Assembly: GCF_011745625.1 (NCBI RefSeq)
Contig: NW_027191476.1
Coordinates: 1 to 64,000 of the forward strand
Direction of reading: 5' to 3'
DNA length: 64,000 nucleotides
From: Cladosporium halotolerans
Taxonomy: Eukaryota
Within the stretch, counting starts at the first letter, position 1. Every line of letters starts with the position of its first letter. The notes below the pieces were generated by a model. It did no database searches. It saw only the letters and a list, made by a program, of their open reading frames with translations, and had not been told where the DNA came from. Both the position numbers and the translations under genes were made by a program. Positions 22,520 to 36,007 of this stretch are shown here, one piece after another.

Positions 22520-24976
22520 GCCTTGAATGCGGCATCTGAGTGTCAGAGCAGTGTTCTCGACCTACGGGATGAATTACTGGCCTAGACTTTGGACTTTGCG
22601 CAGGCACGCGTAGTGAGTGGTGATGTCAGCCCTCCGTCTGTGCTCGCTGCTTGCTATCAGCGAGATCGGCCTTTCAGAGCGCCGGTTTACGGAGGAGGCA
22701 CGCTGAAACAATACCATCACCCATCATTCGAAGCGTCTCTCTCATCAATAACACGGCAATTGAGCATGCGCAGCAAAAGCGCAGAATTATTTAAATGTGC
22801 CAAAGTAACTTCCAGGTACCAAACCTGCACATAATCTGCTTTACTTGTTCCTGATCTAGGTCTAGGAGCTTCTCAGGCGCTCTCCTCGTCATCCATTCAA
22901 TGCTCTCTTGAATAGCTCCACTTTGCTGCCCACAGTGCGTGTGCATGGCCGAAGAGGACTTCATGTCCCAGACCCAACCGCGCGATTGTCTTTGGTTCTA
23001 CGCAACCGGATTTCCAACTTGTGATACCCTTGATGCATCGTCGTGTGACATTGTTCAGTTCTCCGACGGCTGGAGCAATTACCGCGTCTAATCATGTGCC
23101 TCAGGTCATCTCGAACGCCCTCAGACGAGGTTGAGTATTCGTGCCAGCACATGTGTACTAGCACACGATTGGCGAAGCTTGTTGAGCCGTGTACTACCAT
23201 TGATCTTGCGAAGACATTCTCGTGGGATTGTCAAGTTGTCAGGGATAGACCATCACGACTTCCGCCAGCATCTCCCCAAGAAACCTAACAACGTTGCAAA
23301 CTAAGCATACGCTTGCCACATTGAGAGGACACACGGACACTGTTACGAGTTCGTCCAGGTAGGCCAGTGCTTTTGCCTAGGTATGCTGCTTTGAGTCAAG
23401 CCGCTGCTCTTCCGTGGGATCGACTACGGCTGACTCGCAGATTATCAGCTCCTCGCATTCTCCGGGCCTTGGCCGAGCATCACGCAGAAACGCAGGCAGT
23501 CCAGCCTACCCGGCAATGTCGCCACATGTTTGGGTACAATGATGATGACTTCAAAGGAGTCTCTCAGCCCGCTTCCACTGGTTTTTAGTGTGATCTGCAG
23601 GATACGGTTCGATGGCCTTTCGGTGCAGGTGTGATCCGGAGAGCACCCGGGGGTACACGCGCTTGGTAAATCCAAATCTTCTGGTGCGGACTCTCAGGCC
23701 AAGATATTGGGACGATACACCCGAACCATTGATCCTACTCACCACGTACAAGTCACCGGCCGCACCAACAAGCCACGTGGTACGATGTTGCTTGGACGCC
23801 CGCATGATCCGGCAATTCCTCACGCGGTGCAAGGAGGATTGTCACAGCTTCCAACCTAGGGCATTGTTTCATGTTTGAATTCACGCAGGAGCTGAGTTTC
23901 GCTGTCGAAAAGTTAGTTCCTTAGCCAGTGGCGCTACTGCAAACAACTTGCGCAAACAATGCACCCAATAGAGCCTGGCGACGTCCGCGGAAGACTGCCA
24001 GGGCTCGCATGTGTACCTCCGTCCGCATGTGATACAAGGCGATGCAGTCCCGAACGCTTCATTGCCAGTCGCTCCATGGGTGAATAATGAAAACAATCAG
24101 CCATGCGCTGGACCTGAGCTGAGAGCTGCTGCAGAAACGGAGTGCTGCACGCCCGCCGAGCTGGGAGGGCAGAATTTCGGCATACGCTCCACAAACGTCT
24201 GGCGTGGCCTCGTGCAGCCAATCCGCTCCACCACTTGCCCGAAGCCAGGTGCGCATCGAAGAAGCTAGTCCCAGCCTCACCCACAGCACTCTCCTTCACT
24301 ACACACTACTGCATGGATTGGCTTCGACCCGCTGCTCTAGCACAAAGCAGTGCTGGTCCAGATTGGGATCACTGCATAACCCAACACTCCGTTCGATCAC
24401 AAAGACGCCAACATGAGCGATGTCCAGGAGCAGCGCCGCGCGCCATGTGCCGTGGTCAACCTTGGTCATTACCCTTCTAAAGCATGCCCAGCCCCTAAAT
24501 GACTCTCGAGCACACCGTGGGCTTCTCACCTCCACACGATCTCCTCTTAGGGCCTCCGGGTGCCGGGATGATGGGCTGCAGGCTTCAGCGCACGACTCAG
24601 CTCTTGCCGTGCCGCCGACCTTCCCCAAGTCTTCTCCCATTATTTGCCGGGTGACCGCACGAATTGGATTCGCTCTGACGGCGACGAACGAGTAGAGAGC
24701 CAATAGTCGAAGCTTCGTATTGCTGCCTGGCCCGCCGCGCACATGGCTCGGCGATGAGATCTGCACTCTTCACCACGCCAAAATGTCTCGACGAAGCTAG
24801 TGCACAGATTGTGGCTCCTAGACGCTACGGCAGATCCCCCATGGTGAATCTTCCGATGCCGTCTGCATGTCGGCACTAGCCCTGTCTCGCTTCTCATTAA
24901 TACTTAGGCCCTGCTGCCCTGCAGCCAGCGCCTACTGTATTGATCCTGCAGGTGCTCTACACGTGGGCAACGCAAG

Positions 24977-26281
24977 ATGTCGTCGGGCGGTGGCAGCAAT
25001 ATCGCACATCTGACACCGGAAGCGATCGCAAAATGGCCTGCACCAAATTACGACAACCCGGACAGGAAGACTTGGATGGCCCCGTACTCGATCATCTGGT
25101 TTGCAGCTGGCACTATCATGCTGGGCATGAGGTTCTGGTTGCGCTTACGAGGTCATGCTGGAAGATTGGGCTTGGATGATGTATGGCTTCATGGCACCTT
25201 CCAAACGCCAGAGACCAAGCTGACTCCCAACAGGCTATCCTATTCCCTGGCTGGCTGGCCGGATTAATGTTCACCATCGTCTCGATCGTTTACACTGAAC
25301 ACGGCGGCGATCGTCACGTGTGGGATGCGAAACCCGACGAGCGAACAAACCTGGTACTCTGCATGTGGCTGGGCGAATGGTCGTTTCTCATCTGTGGAGG
25401 CCTCACGAAAGTGTCAATCCTCTTGTTCTACCGCCGATTGGTCTCTGGCACATACTCGCTGCGCTACAAATGGGTCATCTGGTCCGCTATTGCCTTCACA
25501 GTGGGGTACACCATCGCCTTCTGCATCTGTCTGCTCGTGAACTGCACGCCGACTGAAGCATACTGGATGGCCTTTGACATCGTGTACGCTCTGACTCAGG
25601 ACTACAAGTGCCTTGACACGAGCGTCATCAATACAATGGCTGGAGTCTGTGCTGCTGTCAGCGATTTGTACGCCGTGGTGCTTCCCTGTGTTCTGACATG
25701 GCGCCTCACGATTCCACCTCGACAAAAGATCGCTCTGAACGTCATCTTTTGCCTCGGTCTGGTAGTCGTCGCTGCCAGTGGCGTCCGGACATACTGGTTG
25801 ATAAGTGCGTCTCTTGGTGTATTTCCAAACATTGAAACCTGACGGCTGCTGACACACTCTCACAGAAACGGGCTCCTCAAAAGACATCACACGTTCTGCC
25901 TTCAACCTTTTCGTCTGGGCTCAGTTCGAGCTCCAAGCAGGCATCATGTGCGCATCTGCCCCGTCCCTCCGCATCTTCTTCCGCCGCTACCTCGGCGGCA
26001 GCTACGGCTCGCGGATCACAGAGACCGCCACGGGTCATCTGGACAAAAGCCTGGCGACAAGCAAGTCCATTACCGTCGTGCGTGACACGACCGTCACGTT
26101 TAAGAACGGTGATGGCTCGGCGGATGAAAAAGTCTCCGGGGAGCAGCAATTGTGGTCGCCGACGCGGAGCGAGGAGCGGCTGACGCGGTACTCGCATGAG
26201 GAGGACGAGGCGTACGCCATGAGCGACTTGGGGAACAAGTCAGAGTCGAGCACAAGGGGGAAGTGGCCCGGACAGGTGTAG
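24977..26281 (+). CDS. PTH11-like (rhodopsin-fungi family) integral membrane protein without CFEM
   Basis: WPAPNYDNP, RLGLDD, LTKVSILLFYRRL, SDLYAVVLP, ELQAGIMCASAPSLR; introns approx 25181-25233 and 25805-25865. Confidence 0.9.
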
Positions 26282-27195
26282 AGATTAGCGCCTTGCGATT
26301 TGTTTGGCGTCTTGGTTTGGGATACCACAGTACACTTTTGCGGATCGGGCGGCGGAAATGCTAGCTGGGACCGCTCGCTGGATGCGCTTCTTTTAATGAT
26401 TTAATATATGAACACAATGATACCCTAATTCACATTCCCTCTTTGCGGTGTGAGGCCGCCGAGGCTGCCTCGGAGCTGCTCACGGTTGGCGTTGGGAAAA
26501 ACGGTGCACCCGATGACTTTTACCATTGAGTCGACCGACCGCACAAAACATCAAGGATTGTCACCTCAATTGCATGAATCCCACCTTCTCGATTCGCGAC
26601 CTCGTCCACTGGACCTCGACGTTTGAAGAGCCGCTCCGTCAGTTCCAGTGATGTGCCAGGGGCTGATGCAAAACTTGAGCCAACAAGAGCGTCAGCGTCG
26701 CGCGCGCGCATCTCGCACTTTCGAGGAACCACGTGCTCTCTCCGGACATAACGATTATGCCCGTTGTGATGAATGTGCGGGGATGGTTCGGACTTCCTCG
26801 CCAGATGATCGTCGCATGCAGATCCGGCGAGCACAGCTCCACAGCAGCTAGCGCACCTTCACGGAGGGGCTAGAAATACAGTACACTGTCAGCGGCAGTC
26901 TTCCGCGCACCGCCGACTCATGCAAATGTGATGGCCCGACGAAGCGACGATGTTGATTGCCGTTTTGGAAACGCTGTGATATTGGATGACAAAGGGCAGC
27001 GAGATCAATCTCAACTCCCGCTACGCAACACGTGCGCTGGGCGCGGCTCAGCGGAATGATCGACCGGACGACAGGAGCAAGCGATCCTGCAGGATCAAAT
27101 GGCTTCTATGCATGAGAGGACTCTATTTCGAAGAAAAAGTATATTCTATTGTCTATATGTCATATCTCGTCTCATCGCATACGAACAAGCGCGCT

Positions 27196-28434
27196 CTAGT
27201 TCTTGAGCACGAACCTGTACCTCGGCACGCCCTTCTCGAAGTCCACAATCGCCTCGTTGGCTTTCTCCATCGGCCTCTCGTTGATCCAGGGGTGAATGTT
27301 CTTGTCAGCTGCGAGCTGCAGCATCTCCCTGATCTCAGCGGGAGAGCCGATCAAGCTGCCGCCAATCTTGACCTTCTTCATGATGAGAGCGAAAGCCATG
27401 AACTGAGGAATGGGGTCCTCGGGAGCGCCGACCTGGATGAACTGGCCGCCGATGTCGAGGAGGCCGAGGTAGGACATGAGCGGGAGGCCGGGGCCGGAGA
27501 CGGTGGAGACGATCAGGTCGAGGCTGTTGGCGTACTTCTGCTCGTAGCCCTCTTCGGCGGTGGCGATGAAGTCGTCCTAAGGAGAAGGTCAGCTGATGGC
27601 CTCGGAGGTAAGGCGTCTCGATGGGTTTACTTACAGCTCCGAGCTTGAGGGCGTCCTCGCGCTTAGCGTTGGTGCGGGAGATGGCGACGACCTTGTCGGC
27701 GCCGAGAGCCTTGGCCCAAAGGAGACCGAAGTGGCCGAGCTGCAAAAAATGTCAGATTCCGCATTGTCCCAGCAGCACAGGAGCTAAACTTACACCACCA
27801 ATACCAACGATACCGACACGCTTGCCAGGACCGCAGCCGTTCTGCTTAAGAGGAGAGTAAAGGGTCACACCACCGCAAAGCATGGGGGCGGCCTCGGCGG
27901 AGGGAACAGCGTCGGGGATGGCGAAGACGAAGTTGTTGTCACCGCGCCAGTACTTGGCATAGCCACCGTAGGCCTTCTCACCGGTCGGCCACTTGCTGTT
28001 GTATGTGTGGGTAGGCTGAACCATGCAGTAGTTCTCAGAGCCAGAGGCGCAAGACGGGCAGTCGCCCTTCAGGCAAGCACCGGACTGAGCACCGACACCG
28101 ACGCGGTCGCCGACCTTGACACCGTTCTTGACGTCCTTGCCGACGCGGACGGCCTTACCGACGATCTCGTGGCCAACGACGCAGGGGTAGTTGGTCGGGC
28201 CCCAGCCGGAGGAGAGGGTGTGGATGTCGCTGCCGCAGATACCGGAGTGGGTGATCTCGATCTGGAAGGGTGTAAGCGACTGCGGTGCTCGATTCCACAG
28301 GATTACGGGTTGCTCCATACATCAATGTCGGTCTCCTGGAAAGCCTTGGGCTCGTAGGACTGCCAGACCATGTTGCCCTTGGCGGCGTTGGCGTCCAGGC
28401 CAACCCAGCCCTCGAACTTGTAATCGGTAGACAT
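27196..28434 (-). CDS. NADPH-dependent Zn alcohol dehydrogenase (ADH6/cinnamyl-alcohol dehydrogenase family)
   Basis: GICGSDIH, GHEIVG, AAPMLCGGVTLYSPL, GIVGIGG|LGHFG, RYRFVL; three introns. Confidence 0.94.
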
Positions 28435-30215
28435 TCTGAGGATGTTTTCGAGACTAGAACGCTGTGCTGCGTTTGGAGGCAGGAGGAATGAATGAGCAAA
28501 AGCGCAATGGCAGCGGCGGTGGGACTTTTTGTTTCATTCACGTCACTCCCACTACCGCCATAACATCCGCCACTACGCTCCACGTCGGCGATAGTAGGGT
28601 CTATCGCCGTGGTGCCCCTCCACGCGGGATCCGTGCATCGCGGCCGCGTGCGGTGTGTGGCGGCAGAGCGCGTGTGAGGGCGGTGGTGGGCAGCACCGAG
28701 GAAGAGCCATGCCCACGGGTTGGCGTCATCGCGGCTTCAGGCGTTGCTAAGGGACTGCTGGCGAAGTGCAGACGCAGGCAGACGAATGGCCTGGCCGCAC
28801 TGCTCGGTCCTGGTCTGGCAGAGCTGCCTCCTGTTTCATTCGGCTTTAGCCCGTTACAACCGACAGCACCACGAGGCATCTGAAGCTGATGTCGCACAGC
28901 ATGGCGCACACGTGTGCCGGCATGTGCAAAGTTCGGTTCTCGGCTGCTCCCGACGCGCGCGCCACGCTGTCCATCTTCAACTTTTTTCGCCCTACCGCAC
29001 TGTCCGCGCAGATTTGTAATCCTTGCCCTGCCCTTCCACCTGGCAGCGACCCTGCCACCCTGCATATGTACCAGATCCTGGAGATAGCGGTGTGTTTGCC
29101 CGCGAACGTCATCGTCGTCTTTCTGGAATTGGCCGGGTCCTCCATTGTCAGCCTGAGGCCAGTGTTCCTCGGTCCCTGCAACTCGCCGCGCTGCGCCGTG
29201 GCTTGCTGGCAATCGCGGCCGTCTCACCGCATTGCGGTCTACAGCAAAGCGACCTCAGCAATGGATGCATGCTTTGCTTGTCGTGCCAGCTTGAGCAAGG
29301 TCGTTGCAATAGCGTCTCTGGCGTGGCCTGCATCCTGGCGCTGCCGGTGTTGACGCGATCATGACACAGATCTTGCTTTCCGTCGACAAATCGATGCTGC
29401 TTAATTACCCGGAGAGCCAGGAGACATGCCGTGGTTGCTGTTGATGAGATGATCGCGACATGGCTGCATCGTCATTTCTCAGCTGTATCGCAACGCCTTG
29501 TCCATGATTCGCGGTCTTCGATTTCCAGGTGGTTTGGGCTCACGTCGTTCTGTGTCCATCACTTCGAGTAATCGTGCGCCGCATGCTTATTGGCGAATTA
29601 TCTAGGCTTGACTTGTAAGCCTTGCGTCGAAAACGGGCTCATGAGAGTCGACGGCAACGCTATGTGGTGAGAAAACAGATACGTAAAAGAAGCAAAGGAC
29701 CACGCGTTAAATGTAATCGTCAGCTGCCTCGCTCGTGTAAAGTTTATATGGATGCGAGTGGCAAGTACATTGATGGTTGGCGGATCCGAAAGCAGTCCGT
29801 CACTCGGCACTCCCCGCACCTGACGCCGAGGTGTTTCGCTATTCACACCAAATCTCTTGGAGTTGGAAGAGAGCATTTTGACTACTTCTGTTTGTGAACC
29901 TTCATCAGCGCTCTCCTGATTCTCAAACTCGTAATATGGTCGCAGATTTCTCGTGCTGAAGAGCGTTCTTTATACCTTCGCTTCCTCCAGATGGGTCCTT
30001 GTATGCCTAATTTAAATGTCACGCAGTGGCAATGGCATGTCCCGCAAGCGGACAGGGATCCTCTTTCATTATCCATATATACTCAGATCCGCAGAAGCTT
30101 ATCTACTATCGATCTGCCCAGATCATCACGACGCTTCTGGGAAGTATGTGTCTCACGTAGGACATGCATGGGCACCTCATTGCCACCCATTACAATCGCG
30201 TTTTCGGCATTCCCA

Positions 30216-30560
30216 TCAATTTGGCTTCGGCTGTGGCCAAACGTCGCCAGTGGACGTTGAGTCAACATTTTCCAAGATGCTGGCGTCTAGATCGGATCTG
30301 CGGCGCATCCAAAGCTTCCATCTCAGGCAAAAGACGTAGCTTCGCATCAGTGGTACTGTGAGAGGGAAAAGTATGGAGCAGTACCACCAAGTATGATCTT
30401 TGCACACCTCATTCGGATGCCAGACACGACATGTCGGATAGCAGAGTAATGCAACAATGGCTCCCAGGAACAGGTAGCTGTATGACTTTCAGCTTCAAGG
30501 GCCTAGAATATCATTTTCGACATCCACTATACGTACGCGTAGTAATGTTGGGAGACCGGA
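30216..30560 (-). pseudogene. Possible relic of CorA-like transmembrane-domain gene
   Basis: One frame reads YLFLGAIVALLCYP...TWWYCSILFPLTVPLM..VFCLRWKLW, resembling the two-TM C-terminus of fungal CorA-like proteins; stops and frameshifts upstream. Confidence 0.25.
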
Positions 30561-31171
30561 ATGATAATGTTATTTAGGAGGAGATCGCGGGGATACGCTT
30601 TCACTAGCTTAAAATGTGAGATCTTCGATATCTCATTGAACGAATCGGGCGGAGGGCTCCTGTCCAGTGTTCGGCCAGCCAGTTGGTCCTGCAGCTGTCC
30701 GGCCATGACATGACGGTGATGGTTAGGTTGAAAAATTTGGTGTCTGCCTTTTGCAGCGATGATACCTGCAGCAAGAGGTGGGCAAGAAGCATTTGTGAGG
30801 ATACTGGCAGTGCTAGGCTAATTGTAACACCCCGACGTTTGATAGAAGTAGTCAATTCGCTGAGTGCGTTATCGGTTCGCGGTGCAGCCGAGACTATTGA
30901 TGACGAAGTGGGGTGTTCGGAGAAGAGTTCCACACAGTTTCCTAGTTCTGTTGAAAATATGTGTAGCACTAATTTCCCGAAGTGTGCTGGATCGGACAGA
31001 GTTCGCTTTTAATCACTGAGCACGTAGGATTGGTCGCACCGAGCAGTATGGGGGTAGCTTGCGCTATACATCATACGAAGCTAGGCAATTGCGACTGAGA
31101 TGCTTTCTTCAGCCTACATTCATGCTCCACCCTCAGCACGCCAAAAGCTTGGTCTTCGAGACTTGCAAAAT

Positions 31172-33038
31172 TCAGTCATGCCCATTCTTCCTCATTTCAG
31201 TAAGCTCGCTCTCATACACATCCAGCTCGTATCCTGCAAACTTCCTTGCCGGAACCTTTCGATCGAAGAGTACGTCGAGCTCCTCGTATGTACGACCACG
31301 AGCTGCGGAAGTGTCAGCGGGGAAGTCTTCAATGGAACAAGTGGCACATACCTTCCGGCAACCTGAAAAATGCCCAGGTAGCGGCAAGTAGCGCCGTTCC
31401 AGCCCAAAAGAAACCAGCCTTGCCCTTCAAGTTCAGCTCGGTCGGGTTGATGAGGTACGGATGAATGATGTTAGCAATGATTTGAGTTATGTTGTAGATG
31501 TTGCGGCTCAGGCAGACCGACTTCGCGCGCAAGCGAATCGAGCTAGTTTCACTGATGATAGTGTAGCATATGGGACCAACAGTTGTTGAGTAGGTGAATA
31601 GCCAGACCAAACACAGAGCCACTTGCGCCCATCGTGCGCCGGCCGAAGTAGAAGTGGCGGCGATGATACCGATCAGAAGAAGGTACAAGCAGCACAGGCA
31701 CATGCCGGTGAGGTAGAGTGAGCGGCGCCCGAAGTTCCCAAGGAGGAACCAGGAGATCACGGTACCGACGAAAGCAATGCCTGTTCCGCCTACGGCGACG
31801 CCGTAAGAATCGTCGGTGGAGATGCCAGCTTGTTGGAAGAAATAGGTCGGACCTGCATGTAACCCAATCAGCTTGCTATTCTTGACCCGTCAAGGCCACT
31901 CTGATTGACGGACCGTACGCGAACGTGCTACCAGAAAGCACCTGACCAGCGAAAGTCAAGCACACAATTTCGGTCCTCCGACGATCAACGCCCTTGAAGA
32001 GGTCGAAGTACGTTGAGCCGCTTGAGATGCTCTCCTCAATGTCCAAGGTGTGCTGCATCTGAGCAATGGTCTTCATGTGTTCCTCTGCAGTCTTGTTGTC
32101 CAACTTGCTCAAAGCCTTCTCAGCTGCTGCCGTGCGACCGTTGCGGACAAGCCACCTAGATCAAGTCAATTACGATGGTTAATAAGACGACGTTTCCCTT
32201 CGTTGGACCAACCATGGCGACTCAGGCGCGAACCAAATGATAGCCATCAACGGAACCGGCCATGCCCACTGTACAGCGTATGCAATGCGGTAAGCCCAGC
32301 TGTTGTCGATCTTCAGGCATCCATATAACACTCCAGCGGCAACCAGTTGACCAATACACCAACACAGGTTGACGTAGCATGTCAAATAGCCACGAAGCGC
32401 AAGCGGGCAGACTTCGGAGGCGTATCTGAAAGATATCCATCAGCAAACGCCAGGACCAGGAAATGTCTCGCTGTACCTACGCAGGTGCCGATGTAGCGAA
32501 GATCCCCCAAGTAAGACCGCACAGGATCTGCCCAACAAGTAGCACCTCTGCCGAAGTAGCGAAGAAGAGTACGAAGATGAACCAGTTGAGAAAGAACAAG
32601 CCTGCAAGCACGACCTTTCTGTAGCCGAACTTCTGCGACAGGTAGCCGTTGGCGAAGCCTCCAATGATTATACCGACACTTGCGCCGTTGCTCAATCCAG
32701 CCTGCCATGGGCCCGAAACTTGCCATCCATTCTCTGGAGTCTCGCTCCCGAATGTCCGGGCGAAGGACGGATAGGCGAAAAATTGGTAAATCAGGCCTGC
32801 TTCATTAGCAAATTGCTGGTCCAATCACAACACTGCTCATACCGACGTCGTACCCTTCCATGATGATTGTCATGGAAAGGAGGGCAGACCAAAGAGCGGC
32901 TTTCTTATTCTCCTTCAACGCCTGCCAGATTGTCTGTGTACGCTCGATCGCGGCAGCCTCAGCTGCCCCCTCGATATTGTAACCATGTTTGCCAGCTTCC
33001 TCGATATGAGTCGCCCTGAACTTGTCATCAGTCTCCAT
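31172..33038 (-). CDS. MFS sugar porter (maltose/alpha-glucoside permease family)
   Basis: IIMEGYD, WQAGLSN, FAPESPW, VDRRRTEI, GPICYTIISETSSIRLRAKS, GRTYEELDVLF; about five introns. Confidence 0.93.
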
Positions 33039-33080
33039 TGCGGATCCTGTCTACGCAAGGCGGTGACAGTATAGAAGTTT

Positions 33081-33114
33081 GTGGGGAATGCGGAGTTTCA
33101 TCTGGGGTATGGGG
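33081..33114. promoter_or_regulatory. Cluster of CreA/Cre1-type SYGGRG sites upstream of sugar transporter
   Basis: GTGGGG (33081), GCGGAG (33090) and CTGGGG (33102) within 30 bp, 40-70 bp before the transporter ATG. Confidence 0.4.
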
Positions 33115-33990
33115 CAATAGCGCCTAGTATCTCTTATGTACCCACGTGCATTGTAGCACTCGCTATGCCACTTTCACGTTTGAGATCGCATAGCCTTCGG
33201 TAGCTGTTCAGCCGAGTTTCGTGAAATTGCACTCGTTTGACTCGCTCTTACACCTCCAAAGAGGCTCGAAAGCTCTTTGGGAAAACAGCTATGCTTTCAC
33301 CCCTCAAATGTGTTATCTTGGCCAGCGATTCAGCCTGAACAAAGCAGGGCTTAGGTACGTCGCTGGAACCCTCGGTGAGATTGGATAGAGAAGATCTCGG
33401 TGCTACGCCACGGTGGAAGGCATGTCGCATGCCCAAATCTGGTATTCCACGCGTTGGAAGCCTAAAACTTGGCGTGAGGAGGTTGTAACAAAAACCCCAC
33501 GAATGTCAGCTCGCAGCCAGAGGACTCCAAAATGCGGGGATCTTTGGCGTCCTCCTTTCAGCAGTGGCTGCAAGGATCTAACACTGACTATCAGTTTGGC
33601 AGGATTTAGCGCAAGTCAAAGGCTCGTATCCAGCTTCTGGTCACTCACGTGTGCAAAAAGTAGGTTCTATGGTTCCATGTGGAATTCAGGCTGATGTCAA
33701 ACGTTCCTCGTGTGCAACGTCAGGATAGCATTTTCCGTCAGTTCGAAGTGTTGCAAAGCTATTCAAAGCTGCCGAAGCGTTGGTATGAGATGTAACTGCG
33801 GTCAAAGGTTCGGTACAGTGCTGCCCGGGCAGCTTCGCGGCTCATTGACGCGAAGCATGATGTCCAACGCATAGCTCCGCTTTGCCATGTGCTTGATCTA
33901 CAATGAGCCGAGCTTCATCATTTAAGCAGGTCTGTCTTCTCTTCCTTGAGCCATATAGCACCGCTATCGCTTTGCCCAACCCTCGTAACT

Positions 33991-36007
33991 ATGCTTGTCC
34001 AAGATGGCAACAAGCTCGTCTTCACGTTCGACGACCACAAGCTCTGGGTTGAGCCATGGGGTCCGAACGCTCTGAGAGTGCGAGCCACGAAGGTCTCCGA
34101 GATGCCGAAGGAGAACTGGGCCCTTCTTGAGGAACCGAAATCCTCCCAGTCGAGTATCAAGATCTTCGAGAAATCCGAAGGCGAAATCACGAACGGCAAG
34201 ATCAGAGCGACGGTGTCGCGGCGAGGAAAGCTCATAATCTACAATGACAAAGGAGAGCGACTGCTTGAGGAGTATGCTCGTCACCGACTCGACCTTACAG
34301 ATCCCAAGTGCAGTGCCCTCGACATTGAGGCTCGCGAGCTGAAACCTATCCTTGGAGGCGACTACCACCTGACCATGCGCTTTGAGTCCATCAGCCCGGA
34401 TGAGAAAATTTATGGCATGGGCCAGTATCAGCAGCCTTATCTCAACCTCAAAGGAGCCGACATCGAGCTCGCGCACCGCAACTCACAAGCCAGTGTACCT
34501 TTCGCGCTCTCCTCTCTCGGATACGGATTCCTTTGGAATAACCCCGGCGTTGGGCGTGCGGTGCTCGGCAAGAATGTCATGAGTTTTGAGGCTCATTCCA
34601 CTAAAACTCTAGACTACTGGGTTGCGGCTGGCGACTCTCCCGCAGAGATCGAAGAGGGTTACGCGGATGTGACGGGCAAAGTTCCCATGATGCCAGAGTA
34701 CGGCCTGGGCTTTTGGCAGTGCAAGCTAAGGTACTGGAACCAAGAACAATTGCTGAGTGTTGCAAGGGAGTACCGAAAGAGGGAGCTACCGATCGATCTT
34801 ATTGTGATTGACTTTTTCCACTGGAAGAACCAGGGCGAATGGAGCTTTGATCCCAAGTTTTGGCCAGATCCAGGTAGGCTGTCAATGTCCTTGGGTACAC
34901 CTGAGGGATGTACTGACCTTCCCAGCTGCAATGGTCAAAGAACTGAAAGAGCTCAAGATCGAGCTCATGGTCTCCATCTGGCCGACCGTAGAGAACAAGT
35001 CCGAGAACTACCCCGAGATGCTGGAGAGAGGCCTCCTAATCCGCAACGACCGCGGTGTACGCGTAGCGATGCAGTGTGACGGCGACGTCACGCACTTTGA
35101 TGCCACCAACCCCGAGTCTCGTGCCTTCGTGTGGTCGAAAGCAAAGAAGCACTACTACGATCTCGGCATCAAGGTATTCTGGCTTGACGAGGCCGAGCCC
35201 GAGTATTCCACATACGACTTCGACCTCTTCCGCTACCACGCCGGCTCGAATTTGCAAATCGGGAACACGTACCCGAAAGAATACGCTCGCGCCTTTTACG
35301 AGGGCCAAGAAGCCGCTGGACAAAAGAACATCGTCAACCTGCTCCGCTGCGCGTGGGCTGGAAGCCAGCGCTACGGTGCACTGGTGTGGAGCGGCGATAT
35401 CGCGTCGTCTTGGGGAAGTTTCAAGAACCAGCTAGCCGCTGGGTTGAACATGGGCATCGCCGGTATCCCGTGGTGGACGACAGACATCGGAGGCTTTCAC
35501 GGGGGTAATCCGGATGACCCTGCTTTCCGTGAGCTACTCATCCGCTGGTTCCAGTGGGGTACGTTTTGTCCTGTAATGCGCCTGCACGGTGATCGTGAGC
35601 CAAAGCCAGAGGGCGAGCCGACGAGTTCAGGCGCAGACAACGAAGTCTGGTCGTATGGCGAGGAGGCCTATCCCATTTTGGTGAAGTATTTAAAGATTCG
35701 TGAGGAGCTGCGAGAGTACACTCGTGAACTCATGGGGGAGGCTCATGAGAAGGGTTCGCCGGTGATGCGGACTATGTTTTACGAGTTTCCCGAGGACAAG
35801 GAAGCTTGGAGTGTGGAGACGCAGTACATGTACGGCCACAAATACCTTGTTGCGCCAGTACTATCATCTGGTCTGAAAGATATCGAGGTCTACCTGCCTA
35901 AGGGTGCCAAATGGCAGCGTTGGGGTGAGAAGGACCTTCAAGAGGGAGGCCAGAGGATTACTGTCGCCACCCCGATCGATTCGATGCCAGTGTTTGTCAA
36001 GGGTTAG
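33991..36007 (+). CDS. Intracellular GH31 glycosidase (alpha-xylosidase/alpha-glucosidase)
   Basis: GFWQCKLRY, IVIDFFHW, FWLDEAEPE nucleophile, VWSGDI, WWTTDIGGF, VMRLHG; intron approx 34874-34925; no signal peptide. Confidence 0.94.

Noticed and set aside
22600..24970. Many short ORFs between DnaJ and PTH11-like genes (also 17735-17969, 36010-37200, 54750-55450)
   Set aside because: No motifs, codon bias or coherent splice model recognised.
33799..33813. CGG-N-CGG as an AmyR site in the MFS/GH31 spacer
   Set aside because: Spacing is 9 nt rather than the canonical 8; too weak to call.
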